A stretch of 64,000 nt of DNA, from the NCBI GenBank assembly GCA_964016885.1, contig OZ024759.1, positions 30,194,001-30,258,000 on the forward strand. The letters run 5' to 3'. The stretch is from Eledone cirrhosa (Eukaryota). The notes beneath the pieces were generated by a model. The model saw only the letters and a list, made by a program, of their open reading frames with translations, was not told the DNA's origin and searched no databases. Positions 29,350 to 43,688 of the stretch are shown here, in pieces. Positions within the stretch are counted from its first letter, which is position 1. Each line of letters begins with the position of its first letter. Both the position numbers and the translations under genes were made by a program.

Positions 29350-30208
29350 GGCGGGATTTGATTTCAGAACGTAAAGGGCTTACCTCTATGCCACGAAGCA
29401 TGTTGTCCGACAATCTACTGATACTGCCAACAACAACAATGATAATAATTGTTTCTAATTTAGGCACAAGGCCAGCAATTTTGGGGTACGAGGAAAGTCG
29501 ATCGATTAAATCGATCCCAGTGCATTATTTGTTGTTGATAATATTGATGACAGCAGCGATGATGATAGCATGCTGTGATTATAAAACTGATAATGACAGT
29601 GATGATGATAATGATGATGATGGCGATGATAATGATGATGATGGCGATGACAATGATGATGATGGTAGCAATAGTAAAGAATAATTGTTTCTACTTTTGG
29701 CACAAGACCAGCAAATTACCCAGTGCATTACTGGTACTTTATTTTATCGACTCCGTAAGGATGAAAGGCAAAGCTAACCTTGGCGGGATTTGAACTCAGA
29801 AGGTAAAGGGCCGTAACTATATGCTGCAAAGCATGGTGTCCGACGACCTACCGCTACGGCCAATCCACAGGCAAAGACATTTACTGTGACAATTGATAGT
29901 AAAATGTGTGTATTATCAAATCTCGCCTCAGATGTCAGATTGACACTCGCCATGATTTAGGAAAAAGGCAGAACTCAAAGGAAGGTTTAACTCATAATAG
30001 TAATAATAATTGTTTCTACTTTAGGGACAAAGCCAGAAATTTGAAGGAGGCGGGGAGTCGATTAAAAGGACCCCAGTGTATGCCTGGTACTTAATTTTAT
30101 CGACCCCGTAAGGATGAAAGGTAAAGTTAACCTCGGCGGGATTCGAACTCAGAAGGTAAAGGGTCGTAAATCCACGCCGCAAAGCATGGTGTCTGACGCT
30201 CTACCGAT
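29350..30208 (-). mobile_element. Meta-type SINE copies (29350-29525 fragments, 29682-29868, 30005-30208)
   Basis: SINE core on the minus strand. Confidence 0.8.
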
Positions 30209-30634
30209 AATTAATAATCAAATACGAAGACATTCTGCAAAACAAAGATGGTGGAATTAAAAATATTGGAAAAGTGAAGTAAATTAACGATTTCTAACAT
30301 TATATAGCTAGAGATATTCAATGTTCTAACGACACTGCCAACACACCCCACCGGAACACACCACACGCACTCCCCACTCGTTTCAAGTAAATTAATATTG
30401 GCAAAAATTATTTCATTAAGTATAATAATAATTTTTTTAAACATTAGTTTTATATTCTTCATACGATTTCTTTGCAACGAAATCCGAAAAAGAATTCATG
30501 TTTATTTGTATTTTAATTACCAGACAAATATTATATCTTGAAATCAAGCAATAACATTGGAACACACGTATCTATGTATGTATAGTGTATATATATATAT
30601 ATAGCTTTTTGCTACAATATTTTCTATACCTTTC

Positions 30635-30690
<56 letters not shown>

Positions 30691-30763
30691 GTATGTTTAT
30701 ATAGAGAGAGAGACACAGACATGTTTATATGTATATAGAAACACAAACGTGTGTATATATATA

Positions 30764-30836
<73 letters not shown>

Positions 30837-31924
30837 TCAAGTACTATAGGTTCAACAATGTGAGAAAATATATATATATATATATATATACACGTATGTT
30901 TATACATAGAAAGACACACAGACATATGTGTATGTATATATATGTAGAAACTCAGACGTGTGTTTATATATATATATCTCGTCAAGTTACTGTAGGTTTA
31001 ACACTGTGAGCAAATATATATATTTATATATATAAATAAATATATATATATATATATATATATACGCATGTATGTATGTATGTATGTATGTATGTATGTA
31101 TGTATGTATGTATGTATGTATGTATGTATGTATGTATGTGTGTGTGTGCGAACATATAGAGAGAAGTTTCACACACATACATGCACATTAAAGAAACACA
31201 CACGCATATAAACAAACAAACATACATACATACACATTAAAGAAACACACATACAAATATAAACACAGAAATAGACATACATATACCTAGTAAAAACCGA
31301 CACACACACATACACAGGCTTAAACACACAAACACATACATACACAATAAAGAAACGCACACGAACACACACAAAGCAAAAAAAAAAATTATGATTGAAT
31401 GAAGGAGAACGAAATCCCTGGAATCGATTGTTCCAGTTTAATGGGGAAATGGCGAGTTGTTCCATTGCAGAACTCGCAGACAATGGTAAGAAATCTTAAA
31501 ATTAATGGCGTCCATTTTGGTTTTTGTTATTTCGAATGTGACGGTTGTATAAAGGGAAACACGAGATTTGCTGGCTACTCTCGTGACAGCCGTTGTTTGA
31601 CAGTTGCGGAGCAGGGGAGGGACAGGGTATTGCATTCCGTTTGTGGACCTTGTACATGTATGTGTGTGTATGTGTGAATGTGTGTGTGTGTATGCGTGTG
31701 TGTCTATGTATATGAGTGTGTGTGTATGCGTGTGTTTATGTGTGTATGTATATGTGTGTGTGTATGTGTGTGAGAGTGAGTGTATGGGTAGGTGAGAGAG
31801 AGAGTGTGTGTGCGTATGTGGTGTTTTGGATGAGTGTGTGGGTGGAGTTTTGGGTGAGTGGGTGTGCGAGTGTGTGTGCGCGTGTATGTGTGTGTGAGAG
31901 AGAGAGATAGAGAGAGAGAGAGTG

Positions 31925-32265
31925 GATTATCGGAACTGTGGTCTCTCAATTCGAAGAAGTAGCAGCTCTACCTGGAGTGGACTCTCATATCTCTGAGCTA
32001 CGCACTTTATCAAATAACGTTACCCCAAAAACCCTTCAGAAGAATCCCATTTCGGCCGCTTGTATTCGCGATCGTACTCTTTCGATCATACTCACTACCC
32101 AAGATTTATGACCATAGATAAAGGTTGGCACGAAAATCAACTTGAAGATAGCGTGTTTGGCTTTTACGCCTACCCCCCTTCTTCAGATTACTGAAACTTG
32201 AAGCTGTTGGATTACTGCACCAACTTTTGTAATTCTTGCACTAATTCAGCCTCTTACCTTCCATC
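31925..32265 (-). pseudogene. RTE/Expander-like LINE reverse transcriptase C-terminal fragment (stops and a frameshift)
   Basis: Reverse complement translates to KAKHAIFKLIFVPTFIYGHKSWV…RSRIQAAEMGFF*RVFGVTLFDKVRSSEI*E…LLLRIER. Confidence 0.85.
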
Positions 32266-32357
32266 ACTCTACAACGAAATAAAATTTAACATTTGTTGGT
32301 TTATGTGAAGCAGACGACACACAAATATTTTTCAGCTATTGTGAAGCAGACGACAGA

Positions 32358-33136
32358 CAAACACAGTGTCGTGTTACTGGTGTAGAATTTATACACAAAC
32401 ACAGTGTCGTGTAACTGGTGTAGAATTTATACACAAACACAGTGTCGTGTTACTGTGTAGAATTTATACACAAACACAGTGTTGTGTTACTGGTGTAGAA
32501 TTTATACACAAACACAGTGTCGTGTTGTTGGTGTAGAATTTATACACAAACAGTGTCGTGTTGTTGGTGTAGAATTTATACACAAACAGTGTCGCGTTGC
32601 TGGTGTAGAATTTATACACAAACACAGTGTCGTGTTGTTGGTGTACAATTTATACACAAACAGTGTCGTGTTGTTGGTGTACAATTTATACACAAACAGT
32701 GTCGTGTTGCTGGTGTAGAATTTATACACAAACACAGTGTCGTGCTGTTGGTGTACAATTTATACACAAACAGTGTCGTGTTGTTGGTGTACAATTTATA
32801 CACAAACAGTGTCGTGTTGTTGGTGTAGAATGTATACACAAACACAGTATCGTGTTACTGGTGTAGAATTTATACATAAACACAGTGTCGTGTTACTGGT
32901 GTACAATGTATACACAAATAGAGTGTCGTGTTACTGTGTACAATTTATACACAAACACAGTATCGTGTTGTTGGTGTACAATTTATACACAAACACGGTG
33001 TCGTGTTGTTGGTGTACAATTTATACACAAACACGGTGCCGTGTTGTTGGTGTACAATTTATACACAAACAGTGTCGTGTTGCTGGTGTAGAATGTATAC
33101 ACAAACACAGTGTCGTGTTGTTGGTGTAGAATTTAT
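32358..33136. repeat. 36-38-bp minisatellite, ~20 copies
   Basis: Unit (ca)cagtgtcgtgttgttggtgtagaatttatacacaaa; no unique spacers. Confidence 0.95.
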
Positions 33137-33328
33137 CTATAATACCAGCAAGTTCTCTAATCTGGTAAGATTTGTTAGAATTATAATAAAGAGATTTTAA
33201 GTCACATTTCAGTCTTTAGTGAATTACTATTTTGCTAATGTTGGCATTAATTGGTGGTTGTTGGTCATTGCGATTAATCTCACAGGAAACTAATCAAATA
33301 CAGGAAACATTAAATGGACTACTACTAG

Positions 33329-33373
<45 letters not shown>

Positions 33374-33441
33374 CATTAGTACCACAACCACCACCACCAC
33401 TACTATTATTACTGCTGCTAGAACTAGAACTACTTATTCTA

Positions 33442-33473
<32 letters not shown>

Positions 33474-33596
33474 AGTAATACCACTAATACTAATAGTTAC
33501 TAACATAACTAGCCCCACTTCACCACCTCCGCTACCACACTACCAGCAATACAAGCACCACCATCACCGCGCCACCAGTAATACCACCACCACCAT

Positions 33597-33695
<99 letters not shown>

Positions 33696-34049
33696 CACTA
33701 CTACTACTACTACTACCACTACTACTACTAACAATAATAATTATAATAATTACACTGAGAATAAATAAAATGAGATGGATAACAGAGACAACAAAATATA
33801 AAATAATAAATTAAAAAAATATGTTGAAGCAAATATTTAAATTGATTTCGGTTTTAATAAATTCTGATATGGAAATCGATAACTATTGTTAATTATTTTT
33901 TAGAGATGATCAATTTGAATAGATCGGACAAAAGTAGCAACAGGTATTGAATGTGATTGAACTATATAAAGAAATGGCGACATGAACAACCGGAAGTAAT
34001 GTCCATCACATGTTAAATAGTTTAACACGTTATCGGTTAAATGTGGAGA

Positions 34050-34684
34050 ATGGTGGATTGGTAGTAACTGCTAAAGTATCGGATAACATGCTTTGTGGTG
34101 TAGAGTTACGGTCCTTTAGGTTCGGAGTTCAAATCCGGCCCAGGTTAGCTTTGGCTTTCATCCTTACGGGGTCGAGAAAATAAAGTACCAGTAACGCACT
34201 GGGGTCAACATAATCGACTTTCCCTTCACCCCAAATTGTTGGCCTTGTACCTAAATCAGAAACCATTATTATTATTAAGGCGGTGAATTGGCAGTATCGG
34301 TAGAGGGTCGGACGCCATGCTTTCCAGCATAGTTACGTCCCTTTACGATCTGAGTTCAAATCCCGCCGAGGTTGACTTTGCCTTTCATCCTTACGGGGGC
34401 GATAAAATAAAGTACCAGTAATGCGCTGAGATAATTGCTGGCCTTGTGCCAAAAAGTAGAAATAATAATAATTATTATTATTATTTGCGGGCGATTGGCA
34501 GTATCGGTAGAGAGTCGGACGCCATGCTTTGTCAGCAAAGAGTTACGGCCCTTTATGGTCTGAGTTCAAATCCGGCCGAAGTTAACTTTGCCTTTCATCC
34601 TTACGGGGTCGATAAAATAAAGTACAAGTAATGCACTAGAGTCGTTTTAACAGTCTTTCCCTTCTGACTGAATCAGAAACCATA
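34050..34684 (+). mobile_element. Three head-to-tail Meta-type SINEs inside a single 14-bp direct repeat
   Basis: tatcggttaaatgt at 34031-34044 and 34685-34698. Confidence 0.75.
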
Positions 34685-34855
34685 TATCGGTTAAATGTCT
34701 AGCAGAGGTCACGTAAAGAAAGTTCAGTGGATCTGCATCTTACGTCCCTAAATTGTTCGACGTCACTCGTAGTATTAAAAATAAAACAAAATCCGCGAAT
34801 GTTCAACACCTTTATATAAACGTGCCTTTATTCGTTAATATTTTGTAGGAGGTAA

Positions 34856-35037
34856 ATAATTGTTTCTACTTTTGGCACAAGGCCAGCAATTATTCCAGTG
34901 TATTACTGGTACTTTATTTTATCGACCATGAAAGGCAAAGTTAACCTCGGCGGGATTTGAACTCAGAATGACAAGTGCCGTAACTATATGCATCAAAGCA
35001 TGGCGTCCAACCCTCTACCGATACTGCCAACCCACCG
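34856..35037 (-). mobile_element. Meta-type SINE
   Basis: SINE core with a small deletion. Confidence 0.8.
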
Positions 35038-36228
35038 TAGGAGGTAAATAATGACGGGTTAGGTTCTCTGAAGGTTGTGAAACCCTACGAAAAGAAATGA
35101 CAGTAGTAGGGGCTTTTGTGGAGAGTTTTTCTACCTTATATTAGGCACATGCGGTTTCATATGGAACAGAAAGTTAAGAGTTTACAACATTTTGGCGTTT
35201 TCTTCTTTTAAAGGTTGATATAAAACATCTTTCGACCAAACCTACTTAAAACCGCGCATGATTCGGGCCTGTTGCAACTCTTATATGACCAACCCATACG
35301 TTAAGCATTTTTTTCTTTCAAAATCTCATACATTTGATCATATGAGTTAATTGTGTAAGATAAAGCTTTTACCACAAAAATACAATAGTAAATATAGAGT
35401 AATGTAAAGACTAAAGGGTTAAAGTAAAATGTTGCCAAAGATAGATTGGTAAAATTTTAGGCACATGCGGTTTCATGCGGAACAGAAGGTTAAGAGTTTA
35501 CAGCATTTTGGGGTTTTATTTTTTAAAGATTGATGCAAAATATATCTTTGGACCTCGTAAGTTCAGAACAAAACTACTTAAAACCGCGTATGATTCGGAC
35601 CCGTTGTAACTCTTATATAACCAACCCCTACGCTAAATATATTTTTTCTTTATCTATAAAAGAGAGGGAGGATAAAATACCTCATAAAACCCATTCCACC
35701 CTGTCACTCTATCTATCTATCTAGCAATCAATCAGCTACACTTATCTCTGTCCCACACATTCTTTTTATATCAGTCAGTAAAAGCTATTACAGTCTACTA
35801 CGAGCTTCGGTTATTTATTAGTATTATTATTTTATATTTATTTATCTTTTGCTACCATTGAAGATTAATCTCATTGGATTTGTTATCTAATAGGATATCA
35901 AATATATTAAGATGTAGTTTCCAAACTAGAAACAACGAATATTCTTTATGCATTTGGTATTAGGTATTTATGCTATGTAACACTCCAGTTTCATTCATTA
36001 AGTCATTCTTTGCATGTATATTTCTACGGGGAGGTGGCGGTAATTCTACGGGGAGGTGACAGAGGTTTTATAGACCGTAGTCTAAATATTTCTAAATATT
36101 TCTAAATTAATTCATTTTATATTTGTGTTATTCTATGAAGGCATTAACAGAAGTTTTATAGACTTTTCATTATGACTATTAAAGTAGAAGAATTTAAAAA
36201 AACAATCTATTAAAATATATATACATAT

Positions 36229-36776
36229 ACACCCGGTCCGAAAACAATAGAACCAAACTTCCACTGTCACTGCCTCCGTTTCTCTCGCTCTCCCATCATG
36301 GTGAGTAAGGAGGTGATCCCAGGGCCAAGGGCACCAGAAGTCTCTACTGCTACGGAATGCCAATGGTGATGAGTAGGGAGGTCACCCTAGGACCAAGGAC
36401 TCCAGAAATCTCTATTGCTACGGGTAGCCAACTCCATACCAATGTTGGTGAGTAGGGAGGTGGTCCTAGGGCAAAGGACACCAGACGTCGCCACTGCTAC
36501 AGAGTGCCAATGGTGGTGAGTCGAGAGGTGACCCTAGGACCAAGGTCATCAGATGTCTCCAATGCTACAGAGTGCCAATGGTGGTGAGTAGGGAGCTGGT
36601 CCTAGGGCCAAGGACACCAGACGTCGCCACTGCTACAGAGTGCCAATGGTGGTGAGTCGAGAGGTGACCCTAGGACTAAGGACACCAGATGTCTCCAATG
36701 CTACAGAGTGCCAATGGTGGTGAGTAGGGAGGTGACCCTAGGACCAAGGACACCAGATGTCTCCACTGCTACGGAT
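36229..36776 (-). repeat. CRE-like 3' end fused to a 68-bp minisatellite (~7 units) derived from its endonuclease coding segment
   Basis: Unit starts at 36447, 36515, 36583, 36651 and 36719; the reverse complement reads VAVETSGVLGPRVTSLLT. Confidence 0.8.
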
Positions 36777-38151
36777 CTCTGAATTAATTCATTCTATAAT
36801 TGTGTTTTAGACTGTAGTCTCAATACCTCTGAATTAAAGTGCTATGTTGTTTTCAAAATAAAATAAAGATGTCTGTTTTATAACTAGATAAACATTTCTT
36901 TGTTTTGTTTTTTTTTTCTGCACTTAAGAAATCGTTATTATTCTCCATTAGAGAGTTGGAGTTAAAGACAAAAACATAGAGAAATATTTTAAGAAGAAAA
37001 AGAATGATAGATAGATAAATAGATATATAGATAGATAGATAGAGAGAGGTAGAGAGAGAAATAGATAGTAAGAGGGAGAGAGTGGGGATAAAGAGAGAGG
37101 GAGAGAGAGGGAGGGAGAGAGAGATTTGTGTCAGTTAAATCCTGCAATCATTTCAAACGAAAGCTTTCAGGATCCACTGTAAAGAATTAGCTCAGAAATA
37201 CTGTGACATTAAATCTTCAAAGTCTGTCACACGATATGACAAGAACCTTCCAGCACACAACACAACATCAACAACTCAACTAGGAACAACACAACACAAC
37301 ACAAAACATCCACCACACAACACAACACAGTGAGTAATATATACTATTGGGAAACTTCCACCACACAACACAACATCAACAACTCAACTCAGAACAACAC
37401 AACACAACACAACACAACACAACACAACATCAACAACTCAACTCAGAACAACACAACACCACACAACACAACACAGTGAGGAGGTAATATATGCTATTTA
37501 GAAACCCCCTTACTGTGTTGGCAATCACGAACTCAAGACACTACAATTGTCAGCCGAACACCGTAACCACAAAGCCACACACCTTCACTATTGTGACTGA
37601 ACTAAATAAAGAAATGGCGACGTGAACAACCGGAAGTGAAGTGCGCCATATTTTTCAATAGTTTAACATTTGCTAGTTAATATGGAGCAGACGTCACACA
37701 AACTGAGTAATTCTGATAAAAGATTTACAACAATATTTTGTTTCCCTTCTGGAGGAGGTGGAGTAGGAGGAGAAGAAGGCAAACAACAACAACAACAAGA
37801 CTAACGAGAAGAATATATCCCATTAAGATATTTGTCTTATCGCTCTGTCTCTCAATCAATCGGTGACTTTTATATCTTCGCCTCACACAATCTGTAAGGT
37901 TGGACATTTATATGATGCGGTGTATAACACTACAATCATTTCATTCTATACACATAAAGTCCCGCTCGGATTGTTTATAATCGCTTAAGTCTTAACCCGT
38001 TCAGAATTTCACAAACTATCGTTTCTTTATTGCTTTTGCATTTAAGGAAATGTTATCTTTCGAAATATACTAACGATATTGCACTAACAAGCAGAGACCC
38101 TGACACAGGCAGATAGTCACATTCACAGGCAGACAGTCACATTCATACACA

Positions 38152-38243
<92 letters not shown>

Positions 38244-38294
38244 CATACGTGGATAGCCTCAGTTACAAACACACATTTATATATATATACATAT

Positions 38295-39105
38295 ACGAGG
38301 TGTGTTAGAAAAGTTCCAGGACTGATGTCACAAAAGATTTATTTCAAACCCAAACTTCACACTAAGAGTTTTCTCCTTCAATGTAACTCCCCTGGAGTCT
38401 AATGCACTTTTCCATCCTTTTCCGCCACGCTTGCATGCACTCCTGGAAGGATTCTTCCAGGATCCTCTGCAGTTCCGGCGTTTTTGATGTCGTCAACATC
38501 TTCAAAACGGGTCCCCTCCAGGTCGTACTCGATGATCGATGACTCATCACCGGTGCTGACTGTCCCAAGCAAGTCTGGTTCGGTTTCAAGACGCTCGAGG
38601 ATGTCCTGGCACACTTGCATGAGTCGACCCATCGTTCAGCAGTTTTGGCACCGTCTTCGCGCAGACTTTCCGCATGTCCAAATTTTCAGTGAGAATCTTC
38701 CAGACGATGTCCCGATTCATGCCCAACTCATTGGCCATCAGTCGAACAGTCAGCTGACGATCGCTACGCACCATCTGCCTGACGCGCTCAACGTTGACCT
38801 TAGTCCTGGTTGTTGAGGGCATTCCGCTCCTGGGGTCATCTTCCACGTCCTCACGTCCTTCTTTAAACCTCTTGCACCACTCAAAAACACGTGAGCATAA
38901 CATCATCTCATCTCCATACACATGCTGCAGCGGAGTTTTCCCCAACCGTACCAGAAACTTCAAGTTTGTTCGTTGCTCTGTGCTCATTGCTTGACGACCT
39001 GAATCAGAGGACATGTAAATAAAATTATGAAGAAAAAAGTTTGATCGCTGCAGAGAGCTAAGATTACAGTTACATACTACAGGGGGATTACTTTGAAGGA
39101 GAAAA
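38295..39105 (-). mobile_element. Mariner DNA transposon, internally deleted and frameshifted transposase
   Basis: TIR tacgaggtgtgttagaaaagttcc; MSTEQRTNLKFLVRLGKT…WCKRFKEGREDVEDDPRSG…RKVCAKTVPKLL…TGDES..EYD…KRMEKCIRLQGSYIEG; subterminal inverted repeat 38372-38393 / 39080-39103. Confidence 0.9.
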
Positions 39106-39201
39106 TATATATATACATATATGCGCATATATACACACACATACACACATATATATATATATACATACATACATATATACACATTCATACATACTTAGGT
39201 G

Positions 39202-39292
<91 letters not shown>

Positions 39293-39599
39293 TTATATAT
39301 ATATATATTTATTTATATATATATATATTTATATATATATTATATATATATTTATTTATATATATATATATTTATATATATTTATATATATATTTATATA
39401 TATATATATATACACACAAACATACATACTTACAAACATACTACATACACACACAAATGTACACACACATAGAACTGTGTATATATAGAGAGAAACACAT
39501 ACGTACACACATAGATACATAAAGGCATATATGAGGAGGTACTGACAATGTCGTCAGAACGTCTGATAAAATACTCGGCAGTATTTGTTTAGAACCACT

Positions 39600-40250
39600 C
39601 CACATCTGTTCATCTGTTCAACCGTTTATATCTTCATCTGTTCACGTATTCATCTGTTCCTCTGTTTATGTGTTCATCTGTTTTTCTGCTCATCTGTTCA
39701 CATGTCCCTCTGCTCATGTGTTCATATATTCATGTATTCATCTGTTCATCTGTTCATCTGTTCCTCTATTCATGTATTCATCTGTTCATCTGTTCCTCTA
39801 TTCATGTGTTCCTCTATTCATCTGTTCGTCTGTTCATTTGTTCACTTGTTCATGTAGTCATCTGTTCATGTAGTCATCTGTTCATGTGTTCACCTGTCCG
39901 TCTGTTCATGTGTTCCTCTGTTCCTCTATTCATGTGTTCATTTATTCATCTGTTCCTCTATTCATCTGTTCATTTATCATCTGTTCATGTGTTCACCTCT
40001 CCGTCTGTTCGTGTGTTCCTCTGTGCCTCTATTCATGGGTTCATTTATTCATCTGTTCCTCTATTCATCTGTTCATTTATCATCTGTTCATGTGTTCACC
40101 TCTCCGTCTGTTCATGTGTTCCTCTGTTCCTCTATTCATGTGTTCATTTATTCATCTGTTCCTCTATTCATGTGTTCATTTATCATCTGTTCATGTGTTC
40201 ACCTGTCCGTCTGTTTATGTGTTCGTCTGTTTATGTAGTCATCTGTTTAG
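39600..40250. repeat. TCATCTGT/TCATGTGT-based degenerate 8-bp satellite with higher-order units
   Basis: Direct observation. Confidence 0.9.
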
Positions 40251-40449
40251 TGTTTCTGTACTTAAGTCGTTATCTTTCTCCACATCAGTCTCACACAGCC
40301 ACGTATCTCTTCTATCATTAATATTCGTTTAATGAAAAACAGCAACGAAAACGAAAATAACAAAAACAACAAAAGAGACAAGAAAAAAACCCACAAATCA
40401 ATTCGTAGTAAAAAAAATAGACGTGAATACTCCAGCTGCTTCAATTAGA

Positions 40450-40519
<70 letters not shown>

Positions 40520-41500
40520 GACACACACACAGACACACACACACACACACAAAAGACACACAAATAGATTGAGGAAGTAGATGGTGACACAGCAATGACT
40601 TCATTCACTGGTGAGATAGGATGCAGGGTCTCGTAACTTCTGAGGGAGTCGTAGAGGCGCCGTATTGACATAAGACGTTTCTAGGGCATTTTTTAAAACC
40701 TAGCGGAGCCCGTCTCCTCTCCAGGTCTGAATACAGCAGATTTCTTCCAGAGAAGGATAGAGAGTGAGAGAGAATGGAATTGAGAACGAGATGTAGAAGA
40801 TTAATCGACCCCAGTACTAGACTGGTACTTTTATATCGACCTCAAAAGGATGAAAGGCAAAGTTGACCTCAGCAAACTACAGTGATAGAGAGGAAATGAG
40901 AATGAGATAAAGAGGAAGAATCGCCCCCAATACTAGACTGGTATTTTTATATCGAGCAAATCATAGTGATAAAGAGGAAGTGATAAAGAGATATAGAAGA
41001 ATAAGCGCCCGCAGTACTAGACTGGTACATTTCTATCGACCTCGAAAGGTTGAAAGGCAAAGTTGACCTCGGCAGGACTTGAAGTGAGAGAGCAAAGAGC
41101 CAAAAGTAACAAAGTAAAGCCTTCTTTCTATCAGACGTTCTCACAATTCTGCCAATTCATCGCCCCTGTTTATTATACTAGTTACCTGTAAATACTAACG
41201 TAAAGGCGGCCATTTGCAAAGATATGTCTGCCATATTAAAGTAGTCCACAAATGCAGAATAGGTCAAGATTTGTTTTGATTTGTTTTGATTAGTTTTTGT
41301 CTTAATACTCCAAGGAGAATGTTTGACTATTATATTCCAAAATGTTAGAGAAGTTTGACCCCGTCGGCTGGAGTGAAATATGTGTTCGTTCATTGTAATC
41401 ACTGGCAATATATATATATTATATATAATTAAGAAAATATAAATACATACACATATACATACATATATATATATAAATAAATAAATACATAGACACATAT

Positions 41501-41575
<75 letters not shown>

Positions 41576-41576
41576 G

Positions 41577-41659
<83 letters not shown>

Positions 41660-41660
41660 G

Positions 41661-41707
<47 letters not shown>

Positions 41708-41883
41708 TATATATATGTGTATACACATGTATATACCTGTATATACATATATATATATGTATATATTATTAGACTAAATAAAGGCTTTCTAGAAATATTG
41801 GTGTATATTTATATTCGTGTATATACACCTTCTTTATCTCTGAGTCTTTGTGAATGTGTGTTTGTGTATGTATGTTTATCCAT

Positions 41884-41918
<35 letters not shown>

Positions 41919-41949
41919 AGAGAGAGAGAGAGAGTGAAAGAGAGAGAGA

Positions 41950-42505
41950 GAGAGTGTGTGTGTGTGGTTATGTATCTGAGAGAGAGAAAGAGTGTGTGTG
42001 TGTGTGTGTGTGGTTGTGTATCTGAGAGAGAGAGAGAGAAAGAGAGACAGTGTGTGTGTGTGCGGTTGTGTGTGTGTGTGTGTGTGGTTGTGTGTGTGTG
42101 TGGTTGTGTATCTGAGAGAGAGAAAGAGTGTGTGTGTGCGTGTGTGTGGTTGTGTATCTGAGAGAGAGAGAGAAAGAGAGATAGTGTATGTGTGAGTGTG
42201 GTTGTGTGTGTGTGTGTGTGTGTGGTTGTGTATCTGAGAGAGAGAAAGAGAGACAGTGTGTGTGTGTGTGTGGTTGTGTATCTGAGAGAGAGAGAGAAAG
42301 AGAGACAGTGTGTGTGTGTGTGTGTGTGGTTGTGTGTGTGTGTGTGTGGTTGTGTATCTGAGAGAGAGAGAAAGAGAGACAGTGTGTGTGTGTGTGTGTG
42401 GTTGTGTATCTGAGAGAGAGAGAAAGAGAGACAGTGTGTGTGTGTGTGGTTGTGTGTGTGGTTGTGTGGTTGTGTATCTGAGAGAGAGAAAGAGTGTGTG
42501 TGTGT
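41950..42505. repeat. Composite (GA)n-(GT)n minisatellite joined by ggttgtgtatct
   Basis: About nine units of variable length. Confidence 0.9.
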
Positions 42506-43376
42506 AAGGTTTGGGGGAGTGGTCTTTGAATGGTTTGATTTACTAATTTATGACATGTTCGTTTAGGAGTCAACAGAGTTGAAAGTTTGAACTCTACACC
42601 ACTTGTCTCCCTATCCCTGCCATCATCATGTAAACATCATTCTGATGGCTTCGTTAGCACCACCACCACCACCACCACCACCACCACCAACACCAACAAC
42701 AACAACAACACCACCACCACCACCAACAACAACAACACCACCACCACCACCACCAACACCACCACCAACACCACCACCACCAACAACAACACCACCACCA
42801 ACAACAACAACAACAACACCACCACCACCAACACCACCACCAACACCACCACCACCAACACCACTAACACCACCACCACCACCACCACCACCACTACCAC
42901 CACCAACACCATCATCTTTACTGCTACCACCAACAAAACTACTACTACCACCACCAACACTAACATCACGACCTACACCATCACATCTAGAAACACCACC
43001 ATCACTACTACCACCACCACTAACATTACCATCACTACTACTACTACCACCACCACCAACACCACCACCACGACCATAACAACATCAATACGGCGTGCCA
43101 CCACTACCATTAACACCACCACTACCACAATCACTAACGTCACCACCACCGCCAACACACCACCACCACCAACACACCGCCACCACTACCACCACCATCG
43201 TCTGTCACCGTTCTGAAAACTTGTAAAAAAGCATACGAGATCGATATTGTGTGTAGAGTAATCGAATGCGGACTGGCATCTCACAGACAAATCATCAATG
43301 GTCAGAAATTGCTTTGGTCAAACAAATGTATTGATTTCTATCAGAGATCGATATGTAGATAAAGCTGTGCTAACTG

Positions 43377-43663
43377 AATGAAATACAAAACGAATATTTC
43401 AGATTTGGTGTTGGAAATAAAATAGGATAGCTCTAGGGTGTTGATAGCTAGCCACACAGGGTCATATATATATATATATATTTGTCAATGTATATATGCC
43501 ACACAGGGTCATATGTATATATATATATTTGTCAATGTATATGTGCCACACAGGGTCATATATATATATTTGTCAATGTATATGTGTGGCTATCTACCAA
43601 CACCCTAGAGCTATCCTATTTTATTTCCAACACCAAATCTGAAATATTCGTTTTGTATTTCAT
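43377..43663. repeat. ~80-bp inverted repeat with a tandem-repeat spacer
   Basis: aatgaaatacaaaacgaatatttcagatttggtgttgg…gccacac versus gtgtggc…ccaacaccaaatctgaaatattcgttttgtatttcatt. Confidence 0.85.
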
Positions 43664-43688
43664 TTGTGTTATATATATATATATATAT

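Noticed and set aside
32358-33136. CRISPR-like periodicity (also 36300-36776 and 10117-10259)
   Set aside because: No unique spacers, no cas genes, eukaryotic context.
34279-34370. tRNA genes
   Set aside because: The A/B boxes belong to SINE heads; no complete cloverleaf.
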